NCBI GenBank assembly: GCA_963823555.1
Contig: CAWGMA010000001.1
Location: 928,001 to 992,000 of the forward strand
Direction of reading: 5' to 3'
Length of the DNA stretch: 64,000 bases
Source: Candidatus Eiseniibacteriota bacterium
GTDB lineage: Bacteria; Eisenbacteria; RBG-16-71-46; CAVPCR01
Shown: positions 22,794 to 34,189 of the stretch, in pieces
How the letters are laid out: each line of letters begins with the position of its first letter
Numbering within the stretch: position 1 is the first letter of the stretch
The notes under the pieces: model-generated
What the model was told of the DNA's origin: nothing
The model's database searches: none
The model's input: the letters and a program-made list of their open reading frames with translations, nothing else
Position numbers and translations under genes: made by a program

Positions 22794-24008
22794 ATGAGCA
22801 CGGTGGGCAGGGCAGCGGCAGACACGAGCAACATGCGCCACGACCCGGCGCGAAAGCCGGGGATGAAGGGCGCCTACCTGTTCACCTCGGAATCGGTCAC
22901 CGAGGGGCACCCGGACAAGATCGCCGATCAGATTTCCGACTCCGTCCTGGATGCGATCCTGGACCAGGATCCGCAGGGGCGAGTGGCCTGCGAGACGCTG
23001 GTCACGACCGGGCTCTGCCTGATCGCCGGTGAAATCTCGACCCAGTGCTACGTCGACATTCCACAGGTCGCTCGCAAGACGATCCGCGATATCGGCTACA
23101 CCGACGCCAGCTACGGCTTCGACTACGAGACGTGCGCCGTCATCACCTCCATCGACGAGCAGTCGCCGGACATCTCGGTGGGCGTCGACCGCCTCGGCGC
23201 CGGCGACCAGGGCATGATGTTCGGCTACGCCAGCAACGAGACCAAGGAACTGATGCCGCTCCCGATCCTGCTCGCCCATCGCCTGTCGCGGAAGCTGGCG
23301 GAAGTGCGCAAGGGCGCGGTCCTGCCCTACCTCCGGCCCGACGGCAAGACGCAGGTCACGGTCGAGTACGATGGGAACGGCAAGCCGCTCTACGTCAGGA
23401 CGGTGGTCATCGCCGCGCAGCATCATCAGGACGTCTCGGTCGAGAAGGTCAAGATGGACCTGATCGAGAAGGTGGTGAAGGAGATCGTTCCGGCCGAGTA
23501 CGTGAAGGACGGCGAGCTCCTGGTCCACGTCAATCCGACCGGGCGCTTCGTTCGGGGCGGTCCCATGGCCGACTGCGGGCTGACGGGGCGCAAGATCATC
23601 GTCGACACCTACGGCGGGGCCGGGCGCCACGGCGGCGGCGCCTTCTCGGGCAAGGATCCGACCAAGGTCGATCGCTCGGCTTCCTACGGGGCCCGGTGGG
23701 TGGCGAAGAACATCGTCGCCGCGGGGCTGGCCGACCGTGCCGAGGTGCAGATCGCCTATGTGATCGGCGTGGAGCATCCGGTGTCGGTCATGGTCGACAC
23801 CTTCGGTACCGGGCAGATCCCCGACGAGAAGATCGCCGAGATGGCGCAGAAGTTCTTCGACCTGACGCCGAAGGGGCTCATCAACGAGCTCGACCTCCGC
23901 CGGCCGATCTACCGCCGGACAGCCGCCTATGGGCACTTCGGCCGGGAGGACGAGGGCTTCACCTGGGAGATCTGCAACCGCGTCGATGACCTCCGCCGCG
24001 GCATCTAG
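22794..24008 (+). CDS. metK: Methionine adenosyltransferase
   Basis: [45 protein letters not shown]. Confidence 0.98.
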   Translation: MSTVGRAAADTSNMRHDPARKPGMKGAYLFTSESVTEGHPDKIADQISDSVLDAILDQDPQGRVACETLVTTGLCLIAGEISTQCYVDIPQVARKTIRDIGYTDASYGFDYETCAVITSIDEQSPDISVGVDRLGAGDQGMMFGYASNETKELMPLPILLAHRLSRKLAEVRKGAVLPYLRPDGKTQVTVEYDGNGKPLYVRTVVIAAQHHQDVSVEKVKMDLIEKVVKEIVPAEYVKDGELLVHVNPTGRFVRGGPMADCGLTGRKIIVDTYGGAGRHGGGAFSGKDPTKVDRSASYGARWVAKNIVAAGLADRAEVQIAYVIGVEHPVSVMVDTFGTGQIPDEKIAEMAQKFFDLTPKGLINELDLRRPIYRRTAAYGHFGREDEGFTWEICNRVDDLRRGI

Positions 24009-24076
24009 GAGGCAGCGGGACCGGGAGCCGTCGAGCCCGGGATAGGGTTGTTTTTCGCCGCGATTTGCGCCATCAT

Positions 24077-24112
24077 CGCGCGCGCCCGCTGTTGGGCGCG
24101 CGCGGTGTGTTT
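24077..24112 (+). terminator. Stem-loop between metK and ahcY
   Basis: 11-bp stem CGCGCGCGCCC (24077-24087) / GGGCGCGCGCG (24094-24104) followed by GTGTGTTT. Confidence 0.45.
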
Positions 24113-24228
24113 GGGGCTCCGGCTCACCCATGCCGGGCGTGATGGGCCCGCACGCGCATGCACCCATTCCGCCGGCCCAACGATCCGTATACCGAGCGAT
24201 CCTCTATAAAAGCTGAAGGAGACATCCC

Positions 24229-25524
<1,296 letters not shown>

Positions 25525-25539
25525 GGTCCAGCGTCGGGA

Positions 25540-25564
25540 CGGGCCCCGCTCCAGGCGGGGCCCG
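25540..25564 (+). terminator. Stem-loop after ahcY
   Basis: 10-bp stem CGGGCCCCGC / GCGGGGCCCG; no clear U-tract. Confidence 0.4.
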
Positions 25565-25654
25565 CTTCCCACCGGCCCGCTCGTCGTGCCCCGATCCGGC
25601 GAGGCCCCTTGATCGGAGTGCGTCCCCGGTGATGGCACTCTGCAGGAGGTAGCC

Positions 25655-28303
25655 TTGTCGGTGCTCGCTCAACTCTCGCTCGCGCGCCGCCAGCAGATCC
25701 TGGGCATCCTGCTCATCGCCCTCGGCGTCTTGTCGGGCCTTTCCCTGCTCACGATGGGCGGCCCTCGGGGGGCGCTGGTGGCGAGCTTTGGTCCCGACGC
25801 CTGTGGGTTCGCCGGCTCCTTCCTGGCCCGGCTCCTGGCCGGCCTCTTCGGGCGGATCCCGGCGCTTCTCGTTCCCGTGGCCCTCGTGGCCTGGGGTGCG
25901 AACCGCGTCCTGCTGCGGCCGCCCACGGCGCTACTGGCTCGCTCCCTGGCCGCTTCGGCGCTCCTGTTCTTCATCATCGGCATCCTCGGGGTGTCGCACG
26001 CCAGGGACAGCTTCTGGGTGGGATACCTCGGCGAGGCGATCGGTGTGCAGGCCACCGGTTGGCTCGGAGCGGTGGGAGCTCACGTCGTGCTCTGGGCGGG
26101 ACTCCTCGTTGCGGTCCTGTCGCTCCTCGACCTCGGGCTGGCCGATGTGATGGGCGCCCTGGGGGCGGCCTGGGCAGCGCTCAGGCACAAGCTCACGCTG
26201 TGGGGCAATGCCTTCCGGACGCGGGCCCAGGCCCAGCCGGGAGCGAACCACGTGCAGGGTCCCGAAGCAGGTGCACCGAGCCTGCCCTCTCTCGAGCGCG
26301 GCGCGCCGCCCTCTCTGCAATCGCCGGCGCCCGCGCCGCCTTCCGGGGTGGCCAGTGCCGCTTCGGCGGCGGCCACGAACCTCAAGGAAGCCTTGCTCGA
26401 TCTCCGCAAGAGCCGCCGTGCCGAACGCGATCGAGTCGCCGCGGCCATGGCTTCCGATTTGAGTCCGCCGCGCGTGGCGCGGCCCGAGGAGTCCGTGCGA
26501 CACGGCGTGGACGCGCAGGCCCCCGTGGCTCCTGCGGGTACGGGGAGTCGCTCGACAGGAGTCGAGCAAGCCGGAGCGGTGAAGGAGCCCGCCATCGCCG
26601 AGGCGGGGTCCCAGGCGAATGCCGCTCGCGCCGGATCGGAACGCCTCGCCAAGAGCGGCGCCAGCGGATTGAAGACTCTGAACGAGGCCAAAGCTCGGTC
26701 ATCCACCGATCGGGCCGCATCGTCGGAGCGGGGGACCGCGCTGGAGCCGCGGCTCGCTCCGCCTGAAGCAGCGTCGGCCGGCGGCGTGGCCGCTCGGTCT
26801 GCTTCCCGCCCCGGGGCTCCAGCCGCCGGGAAGCCGCTGCCCCCATCGCGTCCGCGTGGCACCGCGTACGCCCTGCCGCAACTCTCCTTCCTGGAAACGA
26901 AGGCCGATGCCAAGACGCAGATTCCCGAAGCCGACATCCTGAAGAGCTCGCGCCTGCTCGAGCAGACGCTCTCTCACTTCGACATCACGGGCAAGGTGAC
27001 CGAGGTCGTTCCAGGGCCCGTCATCACGCGCTATGCCTTCGAGCCTGCGCCCGGGGTCAAGGTGAATCAGATCCTGTCCCGCGCCGATGATCTGGCCCTC
27101 GCGCTCAGGGCCCACCGGCTGCGTCTCCTCGCGCCCATTCCCGGCAAGGCGGCGGTGGGTATCGAGGTTCCGAACCTGCACCCGGAGACCGTTCACCTGG
27201 GTGACGTGGTGGGAGTGGAGCTGTTCAAGCGGCCGGGGGGTCTGCTCCTCGCCTTGGGCAAGGACGTCTCCGGAGTTCCGGTGGTCGCGGACCTGAAGAA
27301 GATGCCGCACCTCCTGATCGCAGGAGCCACCGGCTCCGGCAAGTCGGTGTGCGTGAATGCCATCGTCCTGAGCCTGCTGAGTCGGCTGTCCCCCAAGGAC
27401 CTCCGCCTCGTCATGGTGGATCCCAAGATGCTCGAGCTGACCAGCTACAACGGGATCCCGCACCTGTTGATGCCGGTGGTGACGGAGGCCCGAACGGCTG
27501 CCAAGGCGCTCCGTTTCATGGTGGCCGAGATGCAGCGGCGATATCAGCGCCTGGCCCGTCGCGGCGTGCGCGACATCGAGTCCTACAACGCGTCGCTGGA
27601 CCAGCACGCGGGACTGACGCCCGAGGTGCCTCCCGACGAGGAGCACTTGCCCTACATCGTGGTCCTCATCGACGAGCTGGCGGATCTCATGCTCACCCTG
27701 GGCAACGAGATCGAGGATCCGATCGCCCGTCTCGCCCAGATGGCGAGGGCCGTGGGCATCCACCTGGTACTTGCTACACAGCGTCCGTCGGTGGATGTCA
27801 TCACCGGCATGATCAAGGCCAATTTCCCTTCCCGCATTGCGTTTCAGGTTGCTTCTAAAGTCGATTCGAGGACGATCCTGGACCAGAACGGGGCCGAGGC
27901 CCTGCTCGGTCGCGGGGACATGCTCTACTTGCCTGCTGGCCGCCCGGACCCGGTGCGCATCCATGGCGCCTACGTCGCGGACCGGGAGATCCAGGACTTG
28001 GTTCGCCACTGGTCGGATTTCGATCCGCCCTCGCCCGAGCTCGACGTGGAGCGGCTGCCGCTCAAGGATGGGGGTGGCGAGGGTGGGGACGAGAGCGATG
28101 AGGACGAGCTCTTCGCCGAGGCCCGCCGCATCGTGGTGCAGACCGGGATCGGTTCCACCTCGCTCTTGCAGCGCCGGCTCAAGGTGGGGTATGCCCGGGC
28201 CGGCCGGCTCATGGACCTCCTCGAGCAGTCCGGGGTGGTAGGACCACCAGATGGTTCCAAGGCGCGGGAGGTTCTCATCCGCCCCGGCGACCTGCCGGAC
28301 TAG
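25655..28303 (+). CDS. ftsK: DNA translocase FtsK
   Basis: N-terminal TM helices, Ala/Pro linker, PHLLIAGATGSGKS, IDELADLM, ATQRPSVDVITG, gamma domain STSLLQRRLKVGYARAGR; TTG start after AGGAGG. Confidence 0.97.
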   Translation: MSVLAQLSLARRQQILGILLIALGVLSGLSLLTMGGPRGALVASFGPDACGFAGSFLARLLAGLFGRIPALLVPVALVAWGANRVLLRPPTALLARSLAASALLFFIIGILGVSHARDSFWVGYLGEAIGVQATGWLGAVGAHVVLWAGLLVAVLSLLDLGLADVMGALGAAWAALRHKLTLWGNAFRTRAQAQPGANHVQGPEAGAPSLPSLERGAPPSLQSPAPAPPSGVASAASAAATNLKEALLDLRKSRRAERDRVAAAMASDLSPPRVARPEESVRHGVDAQAPVAPAGTGSRSTGVEQAGAVKEPAIAEAGSQANAARAGSERLAKSGASGLKTLNEAKARSSTDRAASSERGTALEPRLAPPEAASAGGVAARSASRPGAPAAGKPLPPSRPRGTAYALPQLSFLETKADAKTQIPEADILKSSRLLEQTLSHFDITGKVTEVVPGPVITRYAFEPAPGVKVNQILSRADDLALALRAHRLRLLAPIPGKAAVGIEVPNLHPETVHLGDVVGVELFKRPGGLLLALGKDVSGVPVVADLKKMPHLLIAGATGSGKSVCVNAIVLSLLSRLSPKDLRLVMVDPKMLELTSYNGIPHLLMPVVTEARTAAKALRFMVAEMQRRYQRLARRGVRDIESYNASLDQHAGLTPEVPPDEEHLPYIVVLIDELADLMLTLGNEIEDPIARLAQMARAVGIHLVLATQRPSVDVITGMIKANFPSRIAFQVASKVDSRTILDQNGAEALLGRGDMLYLPAGRPDPVRIHGAYVADREIQDLVRHWSDFDPPSPELDVERLPLKDGGGEGGDESDEDELFAEARRIVVQTGIGSTSLLQRRLKVGYARAGRLMDLLEQSGVVGPPDGSKAREVLIRPGDLPD

Positions 28304-28459
28304 AGGCCTGTTGGGTCGGGAAAGGACCATGATCCGGCTCGTGGCCATGGGAGCCCCGGCGTTTGCCGGTGTTCTTTCGCCTCCCGTCACGATCTGCTAC
28401 CGTATCCGACCGGTTCCCTTCTTCGCGGGCCGCCCGCGGCGGGCGGCCGTCTCTATGTC

Positions 28460-29878
28460 ATGAGCGCGACCCCAATTCCCATCCTGAAAGCCGGAGTGTC
28501 CGCTCCAGCCCATGCCCCGATAGCCACGGGCAGCGCCAAGCCGCGAGTCAAGGTCGCCCTCGTCACTCTCGGTTGCCCCAAGAACCTCGTGGACTCGGAG
28601 ACCATGCTCGGCCTTCTCGGGCGGGCCGGGCACTTGACGACCGGCGATCTGGCCGAGGCCGAGGTGGCGGTGGTCAACACGTGCAGCTTCATCGAGCCGG
28701 CCCGCCAGGAATCCGTGGATGCCGTGCTCGAGGTCGCCGCGCACAAGCGCGGAGGCCGGCTCAGGGGACTCGTGGTCGCCGGCTGCATGGCGCAACGTTA
28801 CGGGGCCGAGCTCGTGGCCGAGATCCCCGAAGTGGATGCCGTCATCGGGACCGGTCAACTCGAGCGCGTGGTCGAAGTCGTGGAAGCGTTGTTCGGCGGC
28901 AGGGAAGGTGGTGTGCACGTGGCCGCGCCGGGAGCGCCGGTCCGCGATTTCGCCGCCCGCGTGCTGGCGACACCCAGGCACTCGACCTATCTCAAGATCT
29001 CTGAAGGTTGCGACCATCGCTGCGCATTCTGCATCATTCCGGCTCTGCGCGGCGATCTCAGGAGCCGTACGGTCGAGGACAACGTGGCCGAAGCCGAGCG
29101 CCTGGTGGCGAGCGGTGTGCGCGAGCTCAACCTGATCTCTCAGGACACGACCGGCTATGGAACGGATCTCCCTGGAGGGCGTGCCGAGCTCGTCCGGCTG
29201 TTGCAGGCTCTGGACGCGATCCCTGGCCTGGCCTGGATTCGCCTCCTCTATACCTATCCGGCGCTGTGGACGAGGGATCTCATGACCGCGATGGCGGATC
29301 TAGAGCATGTGGTTCCCTACGTCGACGTGCCCATTCAGCACGTGAGCGAGCGGATGCTCCGGCGCATGAACCGCGGTCTGTCGGCCCGCCGCCAGCGGAA
29401 GATCCTCACCGAGCTCAGGCGGTGCATCCCCGGCCTGGCCGTGCGCACGACATTCATCGTCGGCCACCCCGGCGAGGAGGAGTCGGACATCGCTGAGCTC
29501 ACGGACTTCATCGCCGAGTATCGCTTCGAGCGCATCGGTTGTTTTGCCTATTCGCAGGAAGAGGGCACGCCCGCCGGCGAGGATCCCGATCAGGTGCCGG
29601 AAGCGGTGGTCGGCGAACGCCTGGAGCGCGTGGAGAGCGCCGCTCGGCAGGTGGGGCTCGCCCTTCATGCTGCGCGTGTCGGGGAGACGATCGAGGTCAT
29701 GGTCGACGGACCGCCTGTCGGCGGGCGGACGCCGGCTCGCTCGACATGGGACGCTCCCGAGATCGATGGCCGTGTTTTCGTCGAGGGGGAGGTCGGACCG
29801 CCGGGGACTCTCGTCCCGGTGCGGGTCATAGCGGCGGGAGCCCGAGATCTGGTGGCTGCGCCAGCGGTGGGAGAATAA
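28460..29878 (+). CDS. rimO: Ribosomal protein S12 methylthiotransferase
   Basis: TLGCPKNLVDSE, YLKISEGCDHRCAFCIIP, DAPEIDG. Confidence 0.95.
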   Translation: MSATPIPILKAGVSAPAHAPIATGSAKPRVKVALVTLGCPKNLVDSETMLGLLGRAGHLTTGDLAEAEVAVVNTCSFIEPARQESVDAVLEVAAHKRGGRLRGLVVAGCMAQRYGAELVAEIPEVDAVIGTGQLERVVEVVEALFGGREGGVHVAAPGAPVRDFAARVLATPRHSTYLKISEGCDHRCAFCIIPALRGDLRSRTVEDNVAEAERLVASGVRELNLISQDTTGYGTDLPGGRAELVRLLQALDAIPGLAWIRLLYTYPALWTRDLMTAMADLEHVVPYVDVPIQHVSERMLRRMNRGLSARRQRKILTELRRCIPGLAVRTTFIVGHPGEEESDIAELTDFIAEYRFERIGCFAYSQEEGTPAGEDPDQVPEAVVGERLERVESAARQVGLALHAARVGETIEVMVDGPPVGGRTPARSTWDAPEIDGRVFVEGEVGPPGTLVPVRVIAAGARDLVAAPAVGE

Positions 29879-29883
29879 AAGCC

Positions 29884-30891
29884 ATGTCGCCGAAGGCAAG
29901 CGGAAGCGCACCGCGCGCAATCCAGAGTGAGCGTGGGCGCAGGGTGATCGCAGGAGCAGCCATTGCCGCCCTCTTCGGGCTCGGTCTCGCGGCAGCACCC
30001 TTCGCCGGCGAGCCGAGTCGGTACCCGACCAATCTCGAGCTGGTGCGGAAGGTGGCCTCGGAAGCGGTCACCGAGATGCTCGGTGATCTGCCACCGGCCG
30101 GCCGCCGTGTACGCATCCAGGTCGAGCCCTTTCACGAGGCGGGGTGGTTGGTAGAGGACCTGGTCGGGCAGGATCTTCGGGCCCGCGGCTACGAGGTCGT
30201 CGTTGTGCCCACGACACCGGTGTCACCCCCACCGGGTGCGGGTACCACGCCACCGGTGGCGCCGCAGGCGGCTGGGGACCAGGCCTACACGCCGCCGAGC
30301 GGCGCGGCGCAGGCCGGAGCCGCAGCCCAGGCCGCGATGCAGCAGTCGGGGCAGGAGCCCCCGCCCGCCGGATCAGCCCCGGCCGCAGGGGATTCGGCGT
30401 CCGCCTCCGCTCCGGGCGATGAACTCGGGAGCGCCGCCGGAGACGGGACAGCCCTGGCCTCCGCGGGCTCGCCCGAGAAGGTCATGGCCGGCGGTGCCGC
30501 CCAGTCCGCTGCAGCGGCCCCGTCCGCCGCCGAGTTGTTGCCCGTCGATGCCGAGATCGAACTCCGGGTCATCGAGCTCGGGCTGCGCTACACGAAGACC
30601 CACAAATCGGGTTTCATCTTCGGCGGCACCAAGGTCGAACGCCTCGCCGCCGCCAGCTTGCACGGTGATCTCAGGAGCGACGATGGCGCGATCGTCCGCT
30701 GGTCGGGACTCGGGGAAGCGTCGGCGATCGACGAGGTTCCCAAGGATGAGCTCTTGATCCTCGAGGGCCAGCGGTACCCGTTCACGGCACCGACGCTGCC
30801 GCAGAAGAGCTCCACGCGCTGGGTCGAGCCGGTTATCGTCTCGGTCATCGTGGTCGGGCTGGTCTTCCTCTTCGTATCGAACCGGAGCTAG
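29884..30891 (+). CDS. Hypothetical exported protein with Pro/Ala-rich insert and C-terminal TM helix
   Basis: Signal-like N-terminus, low-complexity middle, C-terminal WVEPVIVSVIVVGLVFLFVSNRS. Confidence 0.7.
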   Translation: MSPKASGSAPRAIQSERGRRVIAGAAIAALFGLGLAAAPFAGEPSRYPTNLELVRKVASEAVTEMLGDLPPAGRRVRIQVEPFHEAGWLVEDLVGQDLRARGYEVVVVPTTPVSPPPGAGTTPPVAPQAAGDQAYTPPSGAAQAGAAAQAAMQQSGQEPPPAGSAPAAGDSASASAPGDELGSAAGDGTALASAGSPEKVMAGGAAQSAAAAPSAAELLPVDAEIELRVIELGLRYTKTHKSGFIFGGTKVERLAAASLHGDLRSDDGAIVRWSGLGEASAIDEVPKDELLILEGQRYPFTAPTLPQKSSTRWVEPVIVSVIVVGLVFLFVSNRS

Positions 30892-31026
30892 CGGGGCCTG
30901 CGGGCGCTGCGCGCCCGCGTTCGGATCCGGCCGCGACGCGCTCGACGGCGGCCGGCAAGCGGGAGGGCGACGATCAAGCGCCACACGACAGTCAGGGATT
31001 CTGATTCGGGATGCCATTCCCAGCGG

Positions 31027-31794
31027 ATGCGCCGTGCCCAGAGCGGCAGGCAGGCTGCGACCTGGCGGCCAGGGCTCGCGCTCATCCTCGTGCTCCTCGG
31101 CTGCGCCTATGCGGGAGACCCCAAGCCTGCGGCGACCCCGGAAGACGAATTCGCCCGCGCGAAGAAGGAATACGAAGAGGGTCATCACTACGACTCGGTG
31201 CAGCTCTTCACCACCTTCATCGATCAGCATCCCGGTAGCATCCTGGTGGACCAGGCCATTTACTTCCTTGGCCGCTCGTACATGGGCCAGAAGGACTGGA
31301 TCATGGCATCCACCGAGTTCGAGCGCGTGGTGCGCGATTTTCCCGAGAGCCGTTATGCCTGCGATGCGGAATATGCCCTTGGCTTTTGCTACTGGCGAGA
31401 GTCGCGCCAGCCGAGCTACGACCAGGTGGAGACCCGGCGCACACTGGATCAGCTGAACCGCTACCGTGACCGTTGCCCGAACCATGAGGATGCTGCCGCG
31501 GCCGATTCCATCGCGGCCCTCGCGCGCGACCGCCTGGCCGAGAAACATTTCCGCGCGGCAGAGCTCTACAAACGGCTCGGTCAACCCGAAGCAGCCATCA
31601 TCTATTGCAACCTGGTCGCCGAGGACTATCCAGACTCGAGCTGGTTGTGTCCGGCGCGCCGGCTCAAGGCGGAGCTCCTGACACAGGTCCTGCGCCGGGA
31701 GGAGGCGCGGACCGAGCTGGAGTGGCTCCAGGAGAACTGCCCTGATGAACCGGGCTTGTCCGCCCTCGAGCGTGAGCTGGGAAGCGGGCCATGA
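31027..31794 (+). CDS. bamD: Outer membrane protein assembly factor BamD
   Basis: Lipobox LLGC, TPR repeats, YDQVETRRTLDQLNRY, LAEKHFRAAELY. Confidence 0.88.
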   Translation: MRRAQSGRQAATWRPGLALILVLLGCAYAGDPKPAATPEDEFARAKKEYEEGHHYDSVQLFTTFIDQHPGSILVDQAIYFLGRSYMGQKDWIMASTEFERVVRDFPESRYACDAEYALGFCYWRESRQPSYDQVETRRTLDQLNRYRDRCPNHEDAAAADSIAALARDRLAEKHFRAAELYKRLGQPEAAIIYCNLVAEDYPDSSWLCPARRLKAELLTQVLRREEARTELEWLQENCPDEPGLSALERELGSGP

Positions 31795-32399
31795 CCGCCG
31801 CGATCTTCGGCGGCACCTTCGATCCGATCCATCTCGGGCACCTGGTCATGGCCGAGCACGTGGCCGAGGCCGCGGGCCTCGAACGTGTCCTCTTCGTCCC
31901 CGCGGGACGCCCGCCGCACAAGGAAGGCCGGACGATCTCGGCCGCTTCTCATCGCCTGGCCATGGTCGAGCTCGCGATCGCGGGCAATCCGCGCTTCGCT
32001 GTCTCCAAGCTCGAGCTCGAGGCGGGGGAGAAGCCGTCGTTCACCATCGACACCGTACGGCGATTGAAGGCGGACGGGGCAGACGAGGTGGCTCTGATCC
32101 TCGGTGCTGACAGTCTCGTCGAACTCGCCACATGGCGCGAACCGGATGCGCTGGCCAGGGAGTGCAGGCTTCTCGTGGTCGATCGCCCGGGATGGGACCT
32201 CGAGACCGCCCCGGCCCATCTTGCCGGGCGGCTCGAGCGCGTGGCCGCGCCGCGCCTCGACATCTCCTCGAGCGTGATCCGCGACCGCGCGGCCGGCGGC
32301 CTCTCGATCCGATACCTGGTTCCGGATGCGGTGCATGACTACATCCTGGGCCACCGCCTGTACCGCCGACCGGAGCCGCCCGCGGCGGGTCAGGCGTGA
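31791..32399 (+). CDS. nadD: Nicotinate-nucleotide adenylyltransferase
   Basis: FGGTFDPIHLGH, PPHK, SFTIDT, LGADS, ISSSVIR. Confidence 0.96.
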   Translation: MTAAIFGGTFDPIHLGHLVMAEHVAEAAGLERVLFVPAGRPPHKEGRTISAASHRLAMVELAIAGNPRFAVSKLELEAGEKPSFTIDTVRRLKADGADEVALILGADSLVELATWREPDALARECRLLVVDRPGWDLETAPAHLAGRLERVAAPRLDISSSVIRDRAAGGLSIRYLVPDAVHDYILGHRLYRRPEPPAAGQA

Positions 32400-33022
32400 G
32401 TGCCGAGCGCAAGCGGCCACTGGTCGTGGGCGTCACCGGCGGCCTTGGGGCCGGGAAGTCGACGCTGTGCCGGCTCCTCGCGGCACGCGGCATCCATGTC
32501 ATCGATGCCGACCAGGTGGCGCGAGCCGTCACCGCGCCGGGATCCCCGGCGCTGTCCGAGATCGAGGCGGCTTTCGGTCCAGGGCTCATCGACGCCGCCG
32601 GGCGGCTCGATCGCGCCGCCCTGGCGGCGCGCGCGCTCGCGGCTCCGGAGGGACAGGCAAAGCTCAACGCCATCCTCCACCCGAGGATACGGGCCGAGCT
32701 GGCGAGCGAGGTCGAGCGCCTGCAAGAGGCCGGGACCGAAGCGGTCGTGATCGAGGCCACGCTGATTCTCGAGAGCGGCCATCGCGACTTCTACGACCTC
32801 CTGGTGGTCGTGGTCGCTGCCAACGAGGAGAAGGTCCGTCGCGCCGTGGCCCGGGGCATGGATGCCGATGAAGCACGGCGCCGGCTCGATCTGCAGTGGG
32901 GCGATGAGGTGAAGTCCCGAGCGGCTGACCACATCGTCATCAACGATGGTAGTCTCGAGGCGCTGGCTGCGGCCGCTGACGGGCTGGCCCGCAAGATCAG
33001 GAGCGAGGCGGCGCGACTCTAG
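32396..33022 (+). CDS. coaE: Dephospho-CoA kinase
   Basis: GVTGGLGAGKST, IDADQVAR, LNAILHPRI. Confidence 0.94.
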   Translation: MSAERKRPLVVGVTGGLGAGKSTLCRLLAARGIHVIDADQVARAVTAPGSPALSEIEAAFGPGLIDAAGRLDRAALAARALAAPEGQAKLNAILHPRIRAELASEVERLQEAGTEAVVIEATLILESGHRDFYDLLVVVVAANEEKVRRAVARGMDADEARRRLDLQWGDEVKSRAADHIVINDGSLEALAAAADGLARKIRSEAARL

Positions 33023-33064
33023 TCGCGAGCCGCCGCACCTGCGCGCAAGGAGGTAAGGAAGCGC

Positions 33065-34166
33065 ATGGATCCGCAAGAGACCCAGGAACAGCTTGCCGAG
33101 CTGGATCAGAAGCTGCAACAGCTCAAGGAGTTTCTTTGAGGTCGAGCGCAAGCGGACGGACATCGCTCGCTGCGAAGAGGAGATGGCTGATCCCGGGTTC
33201 TGGGATCACCCGGATCGCGCTCGCGCCACCATTGGCACGCTGAAGACGGCTCGCGCCCTCGTCGAGCCGTGGGAGAAAGCCTGGCACCGTCTCGAGGAGG
33301 CGCAGGTGCTCTTCCAGCTCGGCACCCAGGAGGATGACGCCGCGACCCTCGACGAAGCCATGGCAGCGGTCAGCGCGCTGGCCCCTGATATCGATGCGCT
33401 CGAGCAGAAGAGCCTGCTCTCGGGCAGCGAGGACCACCTCGGCGCCATCGTCACCATCAACGCCGGTGCGGGTGGTACCGAGTCGATGGACTGGGCCGCC
33501 ATGCTCCTCCGCATGTACCTGCGCTGGGTCGAGCGCCGCGAAATGAGTTACGAGATCCTCGACACGAGCGAGGGCGAGGAGGCGGGAATCAAGAGCGCCA
33601 CGATCGAGGTCAGCGGGGACTTTGCCTACGGGTACTTGAAAGGGGAGAGCGGCGTGCACCGGCTGGTGCGGATCTCGCCGTTCGATGCCAGTCATCGCCG
33701 GCATACCTCTTTCGCCTCGGTGTTCGTGAGCCCGCGCGTGGACGACTCGATCGAGATCGAGATCAAGGAAGCCGATCTGCGCGTGGACACCTACCGCTCC
33801 TCCGGGGCTGGCGGACAGCATGTCAACAAGACCAGCTCGGCGGTGCGCATCACCCATCTACCGACCGGGATCGTGGCCGCCTGCCAGAACGAGCGCTCCC
33901 AGCATCGCAACCGGGACAAGGCGATGGAGATCCTCAAGTCGCGCCTGTACCTGCTGGCACTCGAAGAGGAGCGGAAGAAGATGGAAGCGATCGAGGCGTC
34001 CAAGATGGAGATCGCCTTCGGGAGTCAGATCCGCTCCTATGTGTTCCATCCCTACACCCTGGTCAAGGACCTCCGGACCGACGCCGAGACGTCCAATGTC
34101 ACCGCGGTGATGGACGGCGAGATCGATGCCTTCATCGAGGCCTGGCTCCGGCGGCGGATGAACTAG
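33065..34166 (+). CDS. prfB: Peptide chain release factor 2 (programmed +1 frameshift at 33134-33140)
   Basis: ORF1 MDPQETQEQLAELDQKLQQLKEFL-stop; AGGAG-TTT-CTT-TGA-G slippery site; ORF2 has SPF and GGQ motifs. Confidence 0.97.
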
Positions 34167-34189
34167 GGCCACCCAAGTCAGGAGGAAAC

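Noticed and set aside
26200..26870. Long Ala/Pro/Ser-rich region in FtsK
   Set aside because: Variable disordered linkers are normal in FtsK.
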